Positions 1 through 11,849 of a stretch of 64,000 nt of DNA are shown here, one piece after another. Positions within the stretch are counted from its first letter, which is position 1. Each line of letters begins with the position of its first letter. The DNA is from Lama glama. Its lineage: Eukaryota. A program made the translations under genes and the position numbers. Under the pieces are notes generated by a model. That model did not search any database. It was not told the origin of the DNA and saw nothing but the letters and a program-made list of their open reading frames with translations. The DNA lies in the NCBI GenBank assembly GCA_028534125.1, contig CM052817.1, positions 83,268,001 through 83,332,000 on the forward strand, read 5' to 3'.

Positions 1-9
1 AACTACAAC

Positions 10-178
10 TAACATTTATTGAGCTCCTCCTATATGCCATTCCTGTTAGAGACACTTTGTATGTACCATATCATTAAATCTACACAACAATCCAGTAAAT
101 TAGGTACTATTTTATCCTTTTACAGATGAAAAAAACTTCAGAAAGATCAGGATTTAAACCAAAGCAAGATGAATCCAG
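10..178 (-). mobile_element. MIR SINE fragment
   Basis: acatttattgagc...ttttacagatga...gatttaaacc matches the reverse complement of the MIR core. Confidence 0.8.
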
Positions 179-393
179 TTATGTGCATTTAATTATTCTA
201 TTAGCCCTCATTTCCTATAACTTGAAGTCCGAAAAAAAAATGTTTTTAAAGCAACATTTGAAAGATATTGGCTATGTTGGCTCATGCCACTTGCACTGCA
301 GTGTTTCTCGGCTGCCTAATATGTAAATGAAATATTCTAAAATTTATTTTTGCTGTCCTGTCTCTTTTTCAGGATGCGGAGGGATAACCTTAC

Positions 394-437
394 CTGTGTA
401 GGTAAAGTAGCACATGCTTGTTGGAGGTTCCATCCAC
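394..437 (-). CDS. Candidate 44-nt internal coding exon of an unidentified minus-strand gene ((G)GWNLQQACATLPTQ)
   Basis: Minus strand reads ctttctcttgctagtcAG|GTGGATGG...CCTACACAG|GTAAGG: pyrimidine tract, AG acceptor and strong donor; stop-free and in phase with the 823-943 exon. Confidence 0.6.
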
Positions 438-822
438 CTGACTAGCAAGAGAAAGATACTTCGTATAGACTCCTTTCCTCTCTAGGTACAACAACAATTT
501 AAATTTCTCCTTTAAAACCCATTTGCATGGTCCATCTGTTCCAATTGGCTACTCTCCTGTTTCATGGTGGCTACAGGAGGGAGGTGAGGAATCTACTTGC
601 TGGGGGAGAATCAAGCAACATTGTATTAATTAAATTTGCATCACTGCTGCAAATACACACAGGGGTCAGGGTGATGATGAGTGCATTTTATAAATCAAAT
701 AAATGAATAATAACTTCTAGAGGCTGCTAAATGTAAAATGTTGGAAGAACAGAAACCAAATGAATACAAACTGTGTTCGAGGGTTACCCTTTCCAATTAA
801 AACATACACTGAAAACGTTAAC

Positions 823-943
823 CTGATTCATAATCTAAATAAAACTCCCTTTCTGAATGGTTTTCCATCTTTATGAATTTTTTATTACAACAGAAGTTAA
901 CCAAATGAAAGTCATCCTTAATGAATTCAATGCTTTTAACTTT
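823..943 (-). CDS. Candidate 121-nt exon (KVKSIEFIKDDFHLVNFCCNKKFIKMENHSEREFYLDYES-G); may contain the start codon (aagATGG)
   Basis: Long polypyrimidine tract catttttttctttttatttcAG; donor CAG|GTTAAC is weaker; the frame is open and ends in phase 1, joining the 394-437 exon without a stop. Confidence 0.45.
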
Positions 944-3900
944 CTGAAATAAAAAGAAAAAAATGAAAAGAAACATAAAAACTGCCATATTTCTAAAAAT
1001 TCTCCTGCACACACATCTCAAATGCTAGGCTTTTGCTCTTGTCTTTAGGGACTGACTTAAAAATTCAGAAACTATTTTTTGTGGAAAAGACAGAAAAATG
1101 AAAGGGAGAAATAACTAGAGGTCAGGAGGGAGTGAAGGAGTAAAGAAAGTAAAGAAATTTCAAAAAAGAAAAATGAGAAATGAAAAGGGGATAGTTCAAA
1201 TATCTGTAAGAACCAACACACTGTAATTAATATAATAAAATTCAAGGTTCAAGGTCACCAAGCTTTGAAACTTAGCTGAGAATAAACTTTATTTTTCAAA
1301 ATAGCAAAATATACAGAATCTATTAAAACTGGAGCAAATGAAGCAGAAATTCATTGCAAACTTTCAGCACATTATTTTCTTTTCCAATTTTTGGTTTATA
1401 TGTGCTATTTTCAACATCAGTTTCTATGGTGTGACTACTAATCAGGCTGATGGTATTCTGCTAGAAATTGTGGGCTAACCAGAGCATGGTTAGATTTGAT
1501 TTTAAAGAAATAAGCCCTACCTTATAAACCAACAGAACACCTATTAATTGGAACATGAGGTTTGAAATTGAGAATAATTTGCCTAAAGTGATATCCCTTT
1601 AAATCAATGGGAAATCTACAAATTAAAAACAGTATCTTCTTTTTCCTACTGATCTGAAATAAATTACAGTAAGGAAAGAAAATAAGAAAGGATAGAAAGA
1701 AATGTACAATCAAAGGACACACACATCAGTCTTTCAATTGTTAGGGCAAGTAGGCAGCAATCCACCCCAGTCTTTGATCACAGCACTTTGCTGTAATGTG
1801 GCATAGAGATCTGTCATTTTATGTGGGTGCCATAACATGCAAAATGTAAGGAAACATTGCTGCAAGGATTTGAAGTTTCACTGGATGTATTAAAACCACA
1901 GATGTCATCATATTGTGAATCCTCATAAATTTCTTTAAGAAACAACTAGATTTTTAAAATATTGATTCCCTATTATAACTAAATTATGGGTGATCCTCTT
2001 TTTTAGCCACAATGTGATTAAATCCTTACAGAAGCTTTTTGTCACTCAGCCTAACTTTATATTAGTCAAAAACACAACATAAAACATTTGGGAAAACATA
2101 GTATTTAAGTTGGTGAATGACCATCATTCTAAAGTCATTTTCCATATTAAAAAGAAAAAGACTTTCTCTTGATTAAAAGAGATCTTTCTTAAATAAAATA
2201 TACTAGTAATAGGATGGAAAGTAGGGAATAAGGACTCAGCCTCTTTTGCATAACGTAGTATGACCAGGAGGCACAAATGTGTCCTCTGAACAAAGGCTCA
2301 TGACATCTGCTGTTCTGGTACCAATCATGAAGGCATCACATCCACCTTTCTCCACATGATTGTCCTTATGCCCTTAAACTCTAACTTCTATATTACTTTC
2401 AGAAAGGTTCCCACAGCACCTCCCTAGAACATGGAGCACTAATAGTAGAGATAGAACTCCCGAAGGGTACAGCAGATCTGCTGGAATTCAACAAAAACGT
2501 TCCAGAAAAATAAGTACAACTCCACAAATAGACATTCTTCGGGGCTTTTTTTATGAAGAGACCTACAAAATTCGGAGAAAAAATTCTCAAAATTTTGAAC
2601 TGTTTTGGCACAGCCTCATTAATAGAAGATATTTAATACCGAAAAAAGAATACAGAATCAATGACTTCTACATAAACATAAAACTTTTACTTCAGTTTTT
2701 ACTACTCACTGTTAATAGGTTTTTTTCTCTTTAGAAAAAAATAGGGTTTTATTTAGCAGAACACTTGTACATGAAGAAAGACTAACAATATCTAAGAGTG
2801 ACCAATCATCAATCAACTTTTAAAACTTGTGCTCCAAGCCAAGTGATCACTAGAGAATTTGGTGTTTGTTTACTTGGAACTAGCTTTTACTGAATATAAC
2901 CAGGCCATAGATTCACAAAGGATGCCTTCTAAATGAAAGTAAAGAGAGAAATTAGAGGAACTTTTCCACTGAAAATTCACAAATTAGTTCAGACAGATCT
3001 GGAAAATTATAAAGGAAATAAAGTAAATGCATGTGACTGATAATAGACTCTGGTTTATGTATGTTAGATTTGGTGGTTTTGCCGTGCAGATGACTACAAT
3101 GAACTCTTTTTACTCCATCATTTTTATCTCATCTGTTTGGTACTAAGGTTACTCCCCTTAAACTTCTCAGCCTTAGCCCAAGGTTTGATTTTCAAATCTA
3201 GCCATAAGCTAGTATAAGCCCAGCCCAAATATATCTCAAATAATAGAACAATGTTTCATTGAGTTTCCTTTGATGTTGCATTGCACTGTTCACGTCTTCT
3301 GGCAGAGCGGATGAAAGCTATTGATATAAGGTATTCAGTCAAAGACATGTGTTTACAATTACAGCCTTCAAAATAAAGAGAGGATACATAACCATATCCC
3401 TTGGGGTATGGAAATTACACCATTAGAGAAGAATGGCCAGAGGCCAATGGTTTGTACTGGTATACCTAATGAACAGTGTATTTCCATCTCCAAATGCACA
3501 TTCTATTTATAATAACATACGCTATTTTTCAGATGAACAGAAAAATTAGGCATACCTGGCACAGCTACATAACTAAAGGCTTGAAAATATTACACTGATA
3601 AAGCATAATAGTATCTGGCACAGGAAAGGCATGTTTAGATGAGGGCATGCTGGGAAAAGGTGCTTACATACATCACAAGCAAAATTACACCCTGTTGTAT
3701 AGAAGAGAGTACACAAGACAGAATTTGGGAGATGAGGTCTCTGTGTTACACGTTGAACTGTTACCAAATAGCAGCTTCAGAACCGATCAGCAAACTCCTC
3801 CAATGACCTGGATAATAGGCAATTTCCAAGTTTCAAGGGCAGAGTGGTAGTGTAAATTCTATGATGTCAGACCAGCGATAGAAGGGTGGACTCCACATTA

Positions 3901-5359
3901 GATTCTGAGCTCATAAAATTTGGAAGAAACTTAAGGGCTGCCAAATGTCCTGGCTCTTGCTCAAATTCCCTTGCCTGCACTGAATCAGGAAAGAGGGAAG
4001 TAAAAACTGCTCACCTAAGGGGTTACAAACCCACAACCTGATCAATGAGCACTAATGTTGGTAACCATTGGTGCATCTTTTTTTTTCTACTTGTGAAACA
4101 GGAAGGAGAATGCAAAAATCACTATAAGAACGATAGAAAAATAAGAAAATCTGGCAAGTCACTTCAGCTGCACTGAAATACTGAAACCTGAGGGAAGCTG
4201 ATATGTGCCATATGTTATTCATTATACCAGAAAAATAAGGAGAAAATGTTATGAGGAGCAACCCTATTGTCCAGCAAGAAAAGGGAAAGAAGTAATGGGC
4301 AATGCTATGGAACTAGTTATTTCATAGTGAAAGCTGGCTGTCATAGCTCAGTGCATGTTTACAGCTTTTCAAGGTGTCACCTAACAAGCCCATCCAAAGT
4401 ACATTTTCCTTAAATTTACAGGTAAAATCATTATTTACAATTCTTACCAGAGTAAAACAGACTCATATGAGCCAAGAGAAGAACCCAACAGGCCTTCAAT
4501 CATAAGTGCCAATGAGTTCTTATCGTCATCTTTATTAGTCTATCCATTCCTAAAAGCTGCCTTGTTTCAGAACTGACAGTTGACTCCACATTTAGTCAGG
4601 TACACAGGAGTTCAAAGAATAAAGGTAGATTTTTGAAAAGCAAAACAAAAGGTAAACATAACTTCTAGTCACTTAGTAAATTAGTATAAAATGTTAAGAT
4701 TCAGAAGCTCAACAATATATTTTAATGCTTTGAAGTGAATTGTGTATCTTAATACAGCACGTACAAGAATAACGAAAGAAAAAAGGATTTTTTATGCTTT
4801 TTCAAAAGGGCTTTGGAACTTCTGAAAAGTATAGGTAATGGCAATACATTCAAAGGCACTTAACCTTGGCCATAAGAGAAACTTCTTTACTTTAAGATCT
4901 ATGAGGCACTGCAGTGTGCTGTCAGGAAGAGCTGTAAAGTCGCCAATGATATACAATTTTATCAATAGGGTATAACCCATGAGTCCAAGGCCAATTAGAT
5001 AGCAATACACTCAGGGCCAAAAGGAAGGTATCAGATATAAAAATTGCTTTAGGGTATGACAGTCAACACGTCTAGTGATAAAAATGCAATCTGCATCACA
5101 GTTGTTTTATTTCTCTAATTCCTTCAAAGGTTAAAGAATCATGGAATGATAGCATCTTAAACCTGAATCTTCAGAGATCTTCTAGTCTCTTTCATTTTAC
5201 AGATGTACAGTGTTACATTATACAATACGTAACTGAAATACAAAGCTGTGAACAGAGAAATCTAAATTTACTCCACAGCTCCCACATTCCCAGTTAAATT
5301 GATGGGCAAAACTCTAGCCATCTTACATTTAAATTTAGTTTGACCCTGTCCCCATAAGT

Positions 5360-5490
5360 GGGGGTTGAGTATAGCTCAAGTGGTAGAATACATGCTTAGC
5401 ATGCACAAGGTCCTGGGTTCAATCCCAAGGACCTCCATTAAAAAAATAATAAATAAACCTAATTACCTCCCTCTAAAACAAACGAAAAAA
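5360..5490 (+). mobile_element. tRNA-Ala-derived SINE (camelid Vic-1-like)
   Basis: Pol III box A tagctcaagtgg (5372-5383), AGC anticodon arm catgcttagcatg, box B ggttcaatccc (5416-5426), then an A-rich tail. Confidence 0.8.
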
Positions 5491-7319
5491 CACTACTTCA
5501 TAGAACTCTCTGCTCCCTGCCAAAAGAAAAATGCAGTAGTTTTTTTTTCTTTTCTCATTTGGCCCTCACAGTCACCAAAATTAATTTTCGAATCATTTTT
5601 CCTTGTGGTAATTACCCTAAAAACCTCTATGTAAGTGCCATGAGAAAAAAAAAATTGAGAGGAAAAAAACACTTTTTGCTTGTTTAACCATTATTTTAAA
5701 AAAAAAGACTGATTCAGAATGCTGAAAAACTGAATGAAGTAGCTTATTTTTGTTCAGTCATGGAAGTAGATGCTTCTACCAGAAAAAAAAAGGTCTCAAT
5801 GAATATCTGACCAGCTATTTGGAAGGTAGGTAGGTGAGAATCACCCTTTGGTGATTCAGAACGACCAACCTGAGATAGCAGACAGAGGTTCTAGGTTGCC
5901 TTCTTTGTAATCAGCAGAAGTTTTATAAGTTTGAAAAAAAAAAAAACAGAACAGTATGATCCAATGTAGCTATGGCCCTGCAAGAACTTGGATAAAGCCT
6001 AATGGCAGCGACAGGAGAAGGTCCTCCTGGACACTAGTCAATATGAATCTACTTCACAGATCATCACAAACCCTCAGCAACAGCAGAGGGGTGCTCAAGC
6101 ACGGGTGCAAATGAAATGAAATCTTTGAGACCTCAGATCTCAAAGAATTGGCCCCACGTCTCCCAGAGACAACATCAGGACTAGCCACATGTTCAACTCC
6201 ACATAGAGAAGGTTTTGGAAGTTATGTTCCTAATCCACCTCCTTAAATGAAGCAGGAGTCAATTAAGGAAAAAGAAAATATGCAGGGCATTTTATTAACG
6301 GATATCATATAGCCTTAAGTTTCTGTTATGTTAAAGACTATTCCAAGATTTCTTCAAAATCTTGGCCCTCAGCACTTTGTAGGGTCTCAGGATTTGGGAT
6401 AAATGGTGGGAAATGAAACAGAAAAGAGATGAGAGTAGGATCTCTAACTTAGTAGATAAGAATGGAGCTTCTTTATGGGCATTTCTATCAATCAAATCTT
6501 AGAAAAATTTAGGAACATTAGACAATTTTACAAGCTTTCGGGAACCTTTGGAAAATGTGATTCTAAAACAAAAAAAAATAGGGGTAAATGGAGAAAACAT
6601 TAATAGATGACTACATATATTAAGATAGAGAGAGAGAGCGATCCACCTTCACCAAGTCACACACACATATTTCACCCAATGGTAGTTATCAGGGCAACAT
6701 ATTATAAAACTTAACAATGCTGCACTGAACTGTATTTTAGCAGGTGAGCTTCTTAGGCAAGGACCATTTCCTTTTCATTGTAAGATACCCAGAGCACACA
6801 TTAGAGTTTAGCACAATGCCTGACAAACTAGTGGCCTCTCCACAATGTTAGTTTGAAACAGGACAATCTCCCTCTATGTCTTTTCATCAAGCCTGAAGAC
6901 AATAAGTTTAGGACAAGAAACAATAGCACTGAATATTATGGTCATGAGAGGAATAAAAGTGTATCATCAAACACATGATTAATATTTACCTTCTAAGGGG
7001 AGTTAATGGAAAAATTAAAGAGGAAATTCTATGCTTCTTGGATTTCTAATTCAGTGTCTAGAGTTTGTTGTGTCACAGAGGCATAAATCAGTAAGCGAAG
7101 ATTAACTAGAAATTTAGCCAGTTGCATTCAGTTACCTGTGTCATATTCATTTTTCACAGGAAGAGCAGTGGCCTCTGGAAAGAGTGCTTAGCCTGTGGCA
7201 GAACGGGAACTAGCCTAGCCAAAGTTTACAGAAATAATCAAATCGTGGTTCAGAAAATCTATATTGACTTTTCCCTACAAACAATCTTCCTGTATGCCTT
7301 TAAGGCAATCTGACACTAA

Positions 7320-7513
7320 GTGCTTACTAAGACACTTACTATGTGGCATTCTGGCATTTTGTAACATGAATATATTTAATCCTCACAACAAGTGAGAAAA
7401 CTGAGAAACAGAGAAATAAATAGTCTTATGCAAAGTTACATCACTAGTAAGGGGAAGATCTGGGACTTGAGCCCAGTCAAGCTGGCTTAGAACCAATATC
7501 TTAATCATCATAT
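7320..7513 (-). mobile_element. MIR SINE fragment
   Basis: acttactatgtg...tttaatcctcacaac...gaaaactgag...ctgggacttgagccc, the MIR reverse-complement pattern. Confidence 0.75.
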
Positions 7514-8054
7514 TATAAAAAGCAGCCTCTAAACTTTTGGTTTGATGTGCTAGTTAATTCAGGATGTAAACTCAGTCAGCTCAAAGTTCAAGGCTATGCT
7601 TCCCTGTTGCAATTTCTCTCCCCTCTTCTCTTCCCTGAGATGGTATCTGGGTACAAATAATATACTACACAGCATTCCAGCAGTAAAGAAAAGGATTCTC
7701 ATATTCTATACCTGTGTTGGCCTCAGCTATACAGCCTCATTCTGCCTGGTCTTTGGGTATTGGCTTCTGATCCCTTGTTTCCTCCTGATATAACAAAATT
7801 ACCTATTTCCTTAGGACTAGTGCTAGAATCTGATAATTCTGTAATCTCTGCTATGACCTGCCATTGTGATGTCTATCACCTTCTGTGCCCTTCAAACTTG
7901 ACTCTGTGCTCAGGACTCTTTCAGTCCATCAGAATGCCTCCTTTTTTGACTTCCACTGGGGCATGTGTAAACTTCTGGATGTCTTATTTGCCATTTTTGA
8001 CCACATTTTTTGCCTGGGGTTCTGATCACCTTGTTAGGACTCCCTGAGCACATG

Positions 8055-8540
8055 CTCAAGAAATGGAAGCAACCTAAGTGTCCATCAATAGATAAGTGGA
8101 TAAAGAAAATGTGGTATATGTATGCAATGTAGTATTACTCAGCCATAAAAAGATTTGCCACAACATGGATGGATCTGGATGGAATTATGCGTAGTAAAGT
8201 AAGTCAGACAGAATGAAAATACTGTATGTTTTTATTTATATGTAGAATCTAAAAAATAAAATGAATGAATATAACAAAACATAAACAGACTCTCAGAACA
8301 AACTAGAGATTACCAGTGAGGAGGGCATGGAGGGGCAAGATACAGGAAAATAATTGAGATACAAACTGTTAGGTATAAAATAAATAAGATACAAGGATGT
8401 AATGTACAGCACATGGAATATAGCCAATATTTTGTAACTGTAAATGGAGTATAATCTATAAAAATACTGAATCATTATGCAGTATACCTGAAACTAATAT
8501 AATGTGGTGAATCAACTATACTTGAATTTTAAAAACAAAA
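8055..8540 (+). mobile_element. L1 3' end (ORF2 tail + 3'UTR), 5'-truncated
   Basis: tggaagcaacctaagtgtccatcaatagat...ataaagaaaatgtggtat and 3'UTR ...cctgaaactaatataat...tcaactatac. Confidence 0.9.
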
Positions 8541-8639
8541 TTAAGAATACAGCTTTACCACAATTGCAGTGGGGAAAATAAACAGAAGAGGGGTTAAGAA
8601 TGGTGTAACAAAAATCCCTTTATGGTGATGCTATGGAAG

Positions 8640-9047
8640 TTCAGTTGACAGATAATGGTAACTTGGAGTTGGGTGATAAAGATGGAGAAAGATGGGTTGA
8701 GTCAAAATATGTTTTTAGTAGAACAGAAGGACTTGGTAACAGATTAGATGTGAGGGTCAAACGATAAGGAAAAGATCTGAAAAATCAGTGAGGGTAGCAA
8801 CTATGATCTTCCTATTCATCCTTGCATTTCCAATGTCCATCAGTGTCTGACACAATGAAGGCACACAATAGATATTTGATGAATGAACAGATGTGCAAAT
8901 GAACTGAGGTGCTGTGCTTTTACTAACCTGGGAAATAATGAAGAAGCAGATTCAGATGTTAGTATCATGAACTCAATTTTAAACATAGGGAGTTTGAGAT
9001 TACTGTCTCATTTAGGGAAAAGAACTGTAGGCAGTAAATGTATGATT
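8640..9047 (-). mobile_element. L2 LINE fragment, interrupted by the ERV and resuming at about 14553-14730
   Basis: Purine-rich L2-like text (gatggagaaag...aggacttggtaacagattagatgtg; ttttaaacataggg agtttgag) that continues after the ERV as ...gaagagcacctagaaacccagccctgagggacagtaacattta. Confidence 0.6.
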
Positions 9048-9390
9048 TGTCGACATAAAACTAATAGACTACTAGATATTTCTCCAGCAAACATAAGTAT
9101 ATTTGGGATCAGCAAAGAAATGCAATTCAGGGTCTACAATCATGAGTCACATGAAAGTTCCCACACAGCAAGAGAAGCACATGCTTGTAGAGAATAAAAG
9201 GAAGCCAGGAGGGTTATAGTAAACAAAGAGCTCATGGTTTTTCATTGGTTGAGTCCTTGTCAGAAAAGGAGTCTTTCTTTCTGTTAAGCCCTGCTTGGTC
9301 ATAGGGTATGAGAACTCCTCTCTTTCTGGTCTCGTTTCAATTGTGGTTTCCACTTTTTGGTTTTTGTTTGTTTGGGGGGGGGACGGTTTG
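9048..9390 (-). repeat. ERV 3' LTR
   Basis: Aligns with 14217-14552 (shared aatagactac, tatttctccagcaaacat, caattcagggtct, tgaaagttccca, aaacaaagag, tgtcagaaaaggagt); inner boundary approximate. Confidence 0.85.
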
Positions 9391-9749
9391 TGCTCTTCTC
9401 CTTTTGATCAAGCTCTTTCTCTAAAAGCATCACTCATCAAGAGGTCAGGTTTTCTGGCTTCAATGGCTTTTTGTCCCTCAATGCCAGGAAGAAACTTTGC
9501 TGGGTGTAGTATCTCATTTTGGAAGGTAAGTACACAGATTGGAAACCTACTGAGTTCACATTTGAGTAACAAGTAGGAGGGAGAACTCTCAGGCCCTTTT
9601 TTTTTTTAAATCTAAGTCCATATGCTATCAAGATCATAAATACTTAAAATCATTTAAAGCTTTATGACATCATCAAAGGTTTGGTGACAAACTTCCAATA
9701 GACTTGGTCCAGATATCTTGGGAAAGCTATCTCATCAGATGTCATCTGC

Positions 9750-11700
9750 TTCAACTCCAGGAAATCCTCCCTTTCAGGTCCTCAGATGATAATACAGGTC
9801 CAGTCAGGGTTCACTGCTTTCTTTACATGTGTCACAGGAATATGAAAGTCTATTCCTTAAGGTCTGGCCACACAAGAGTTTGTTAGCAGTACCTGATAGA
9901 GGCCTCTCCAGCAATGCTGAAGAGAGTTCTTCTAGAGGTGTCTTTCCCAATGTACAAAATCTCCAAGTTTCAAGGTGTGAAGCTTAAGTACTTCATCCCC
10001 AGAGACTGTACTGTGAAAAGACTGCTCTACCAAAACATGGTTATTTTTAATAGGAGTAATTAGGCCTTTGCAATATTGTAGTGTTTCTCCTAATATCAGT
10101 TGTCAGTTAAAAGGAGAAGGACCCAAGTACATTAGGTGTCCTATGACCAACTCAAAGGAGAAGAGTTTATGAGCTCCAGAAGGGGTGGATCTGAGATTTA
10201 GAAGGACTAATGGCAATGCTTTTGGCCATGGTATTTGGAGGGCCTTTGCAAATTTTGTCAAATGAGTCTCAATAAAGCTGTTAGTGTGTTAGACTAACCC
10301 AGAGAATTGAGGGTGGTAAGAGCACTGAAAGTATTGTACAACTGTCCAAATGTGATGCACTTGTTAAAGTACCTGGCCAGTAAAATGGGTTTCTTGATCA
10401 GTATGAATTCTGAAATTATCCCAGGTAGGAATAATCTTTTCCAAAAAAAGACTTCAGCCACAGAAGAGGCAGTATCCTGTCTGCAAGAGAAGGCTTCAGT
10501 CCAGTGTGAAAATATACATACAGTGACTAAAACATTTGCATTCATTAAATGGAGGAAGTTGTGTGAAATCCATTTGCCTGAGCTGCAGTGGTCTATTAGG
10601 TAGTTTTAAACATCCAGAAACAGTATGAATAGGCCTCCCTGGGATGTACCTTGGACAAGAAGGGCAAGTGAAGCTGACACTTCTTCAGCCTTTTTAATGT
10701 TTCCCTACCACTACTGATTCATAGATGCTGTCATTCTGTCAGTAGATCAATGGTTTAATGCATATACAGTAATAAGGAGTATCAATTTTAGACTCTCTAG
10801 GAGGACTGGGTTATTTGGGCTAAACCAAAGCTTTCTCTTTTTTCAAAACAACAATTGTTGAATTTCCAATCTTGTGCTTCCCATTTCTACGGATAACTCT
10901 TGGGCTCCTCTAGCCAGTTTCTTATTTTATAATTTGGAGAATCTCTCTTTGGACCATGACAAAGGTTTGGCTGCTGGTAGTCCCTTGAAGGGCAGGATTC
11001 CTTGTTGGAATATCAGCCAGATCATTTCTCTTAGCTTCCAGAATCACATTTATAATAGCTAATGAGGCCATTAAAAGTACTGCATCGAATAATTCCACTT
11101 CTATTTTTATTTATTCTGGAAATAAAGGAAACCATTTTGCTCCCATAACATGACAAAATCATGAGCCATTCCAAAAGCATATCTACTATCCATATAAACA
11201 CTGGCTAAAGTACAAGCCTGTTGGGCTTAAGTACCCACAGGTAAAGATGCTGCCTCAAAAAGATGAAAAGAACAGTAATAGCATACCCAGCATAGTACTT
11301 GCCAGTGTCATATTTTAAATAAGAACCATGAGAAATCAGTGTTACCCACAGGAACTTCTTGTAGACCATCATGAGGAGTCAGGAGGTGTTCTGTGTTTAT
11401 AGGGTATTGATTAATTCTGAGACGTGGTTTGGAGGTATCTCTTTGAATCATGATGTAAGGTATACTGTGAATTTTGCCGGTATCAGTTGGAGATTTTTAG
11501 CATAAGGAAGGTGGCCGCTGATACAACAGACACAAGTGACCAGAGTTTGCAAAGTCATCTAGTACCATCAGAGGTGGAACAAATAAGAAATGTCAAAGGA
11601 TCACTTAATTCACATGGTAGGTTACTTGCATAACTAGTGGGATTGAGCACAGAGAGTGTGGCTCTGGTGTCAGGTAAGACTGGCATCCCCAATGTGGAGC
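9750..11700 (-). pseudogene. ERV pol remnants: protease, RNase H, integrase
   Basis: Protease VLPDTRATLSVLN (about 11680-11641, DTG to DTR); RNase H VYMDSRYAFGMAHDFVMLWEQNGFL (about 11199-11125); integrase core VLVTVCIFSHWTEAFSCRQDTASSVA (ORF 10294-10545); integrase C-terminus LGDFVHWERHL*KNSLQHCWRGLYQVLLTN (about 9970-9880); stops and frameshifts throughout. Confidence 0.85.
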
Positions 11701-11849
11701 AATGCTTCTCCAAGCTGATTCAGAGGGAGGATCAGGAATAGCCCCTGTAGCTCCTCATAACTGTGTGATGAACAAATGAGAGGATGTCAGAAAGGCTGGT
11801 TAAGAGGCTGTAGGCACCCAAAGAGCTTAAACATGTTCCATCTCTTTTC

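Noticed and set aside
5360..5436. Possible tRNA-Ala gene
   Set aside because: Mismatched stems and a SINE-type A-rich tail with no Pol III T-run terminator; treated as a SINE
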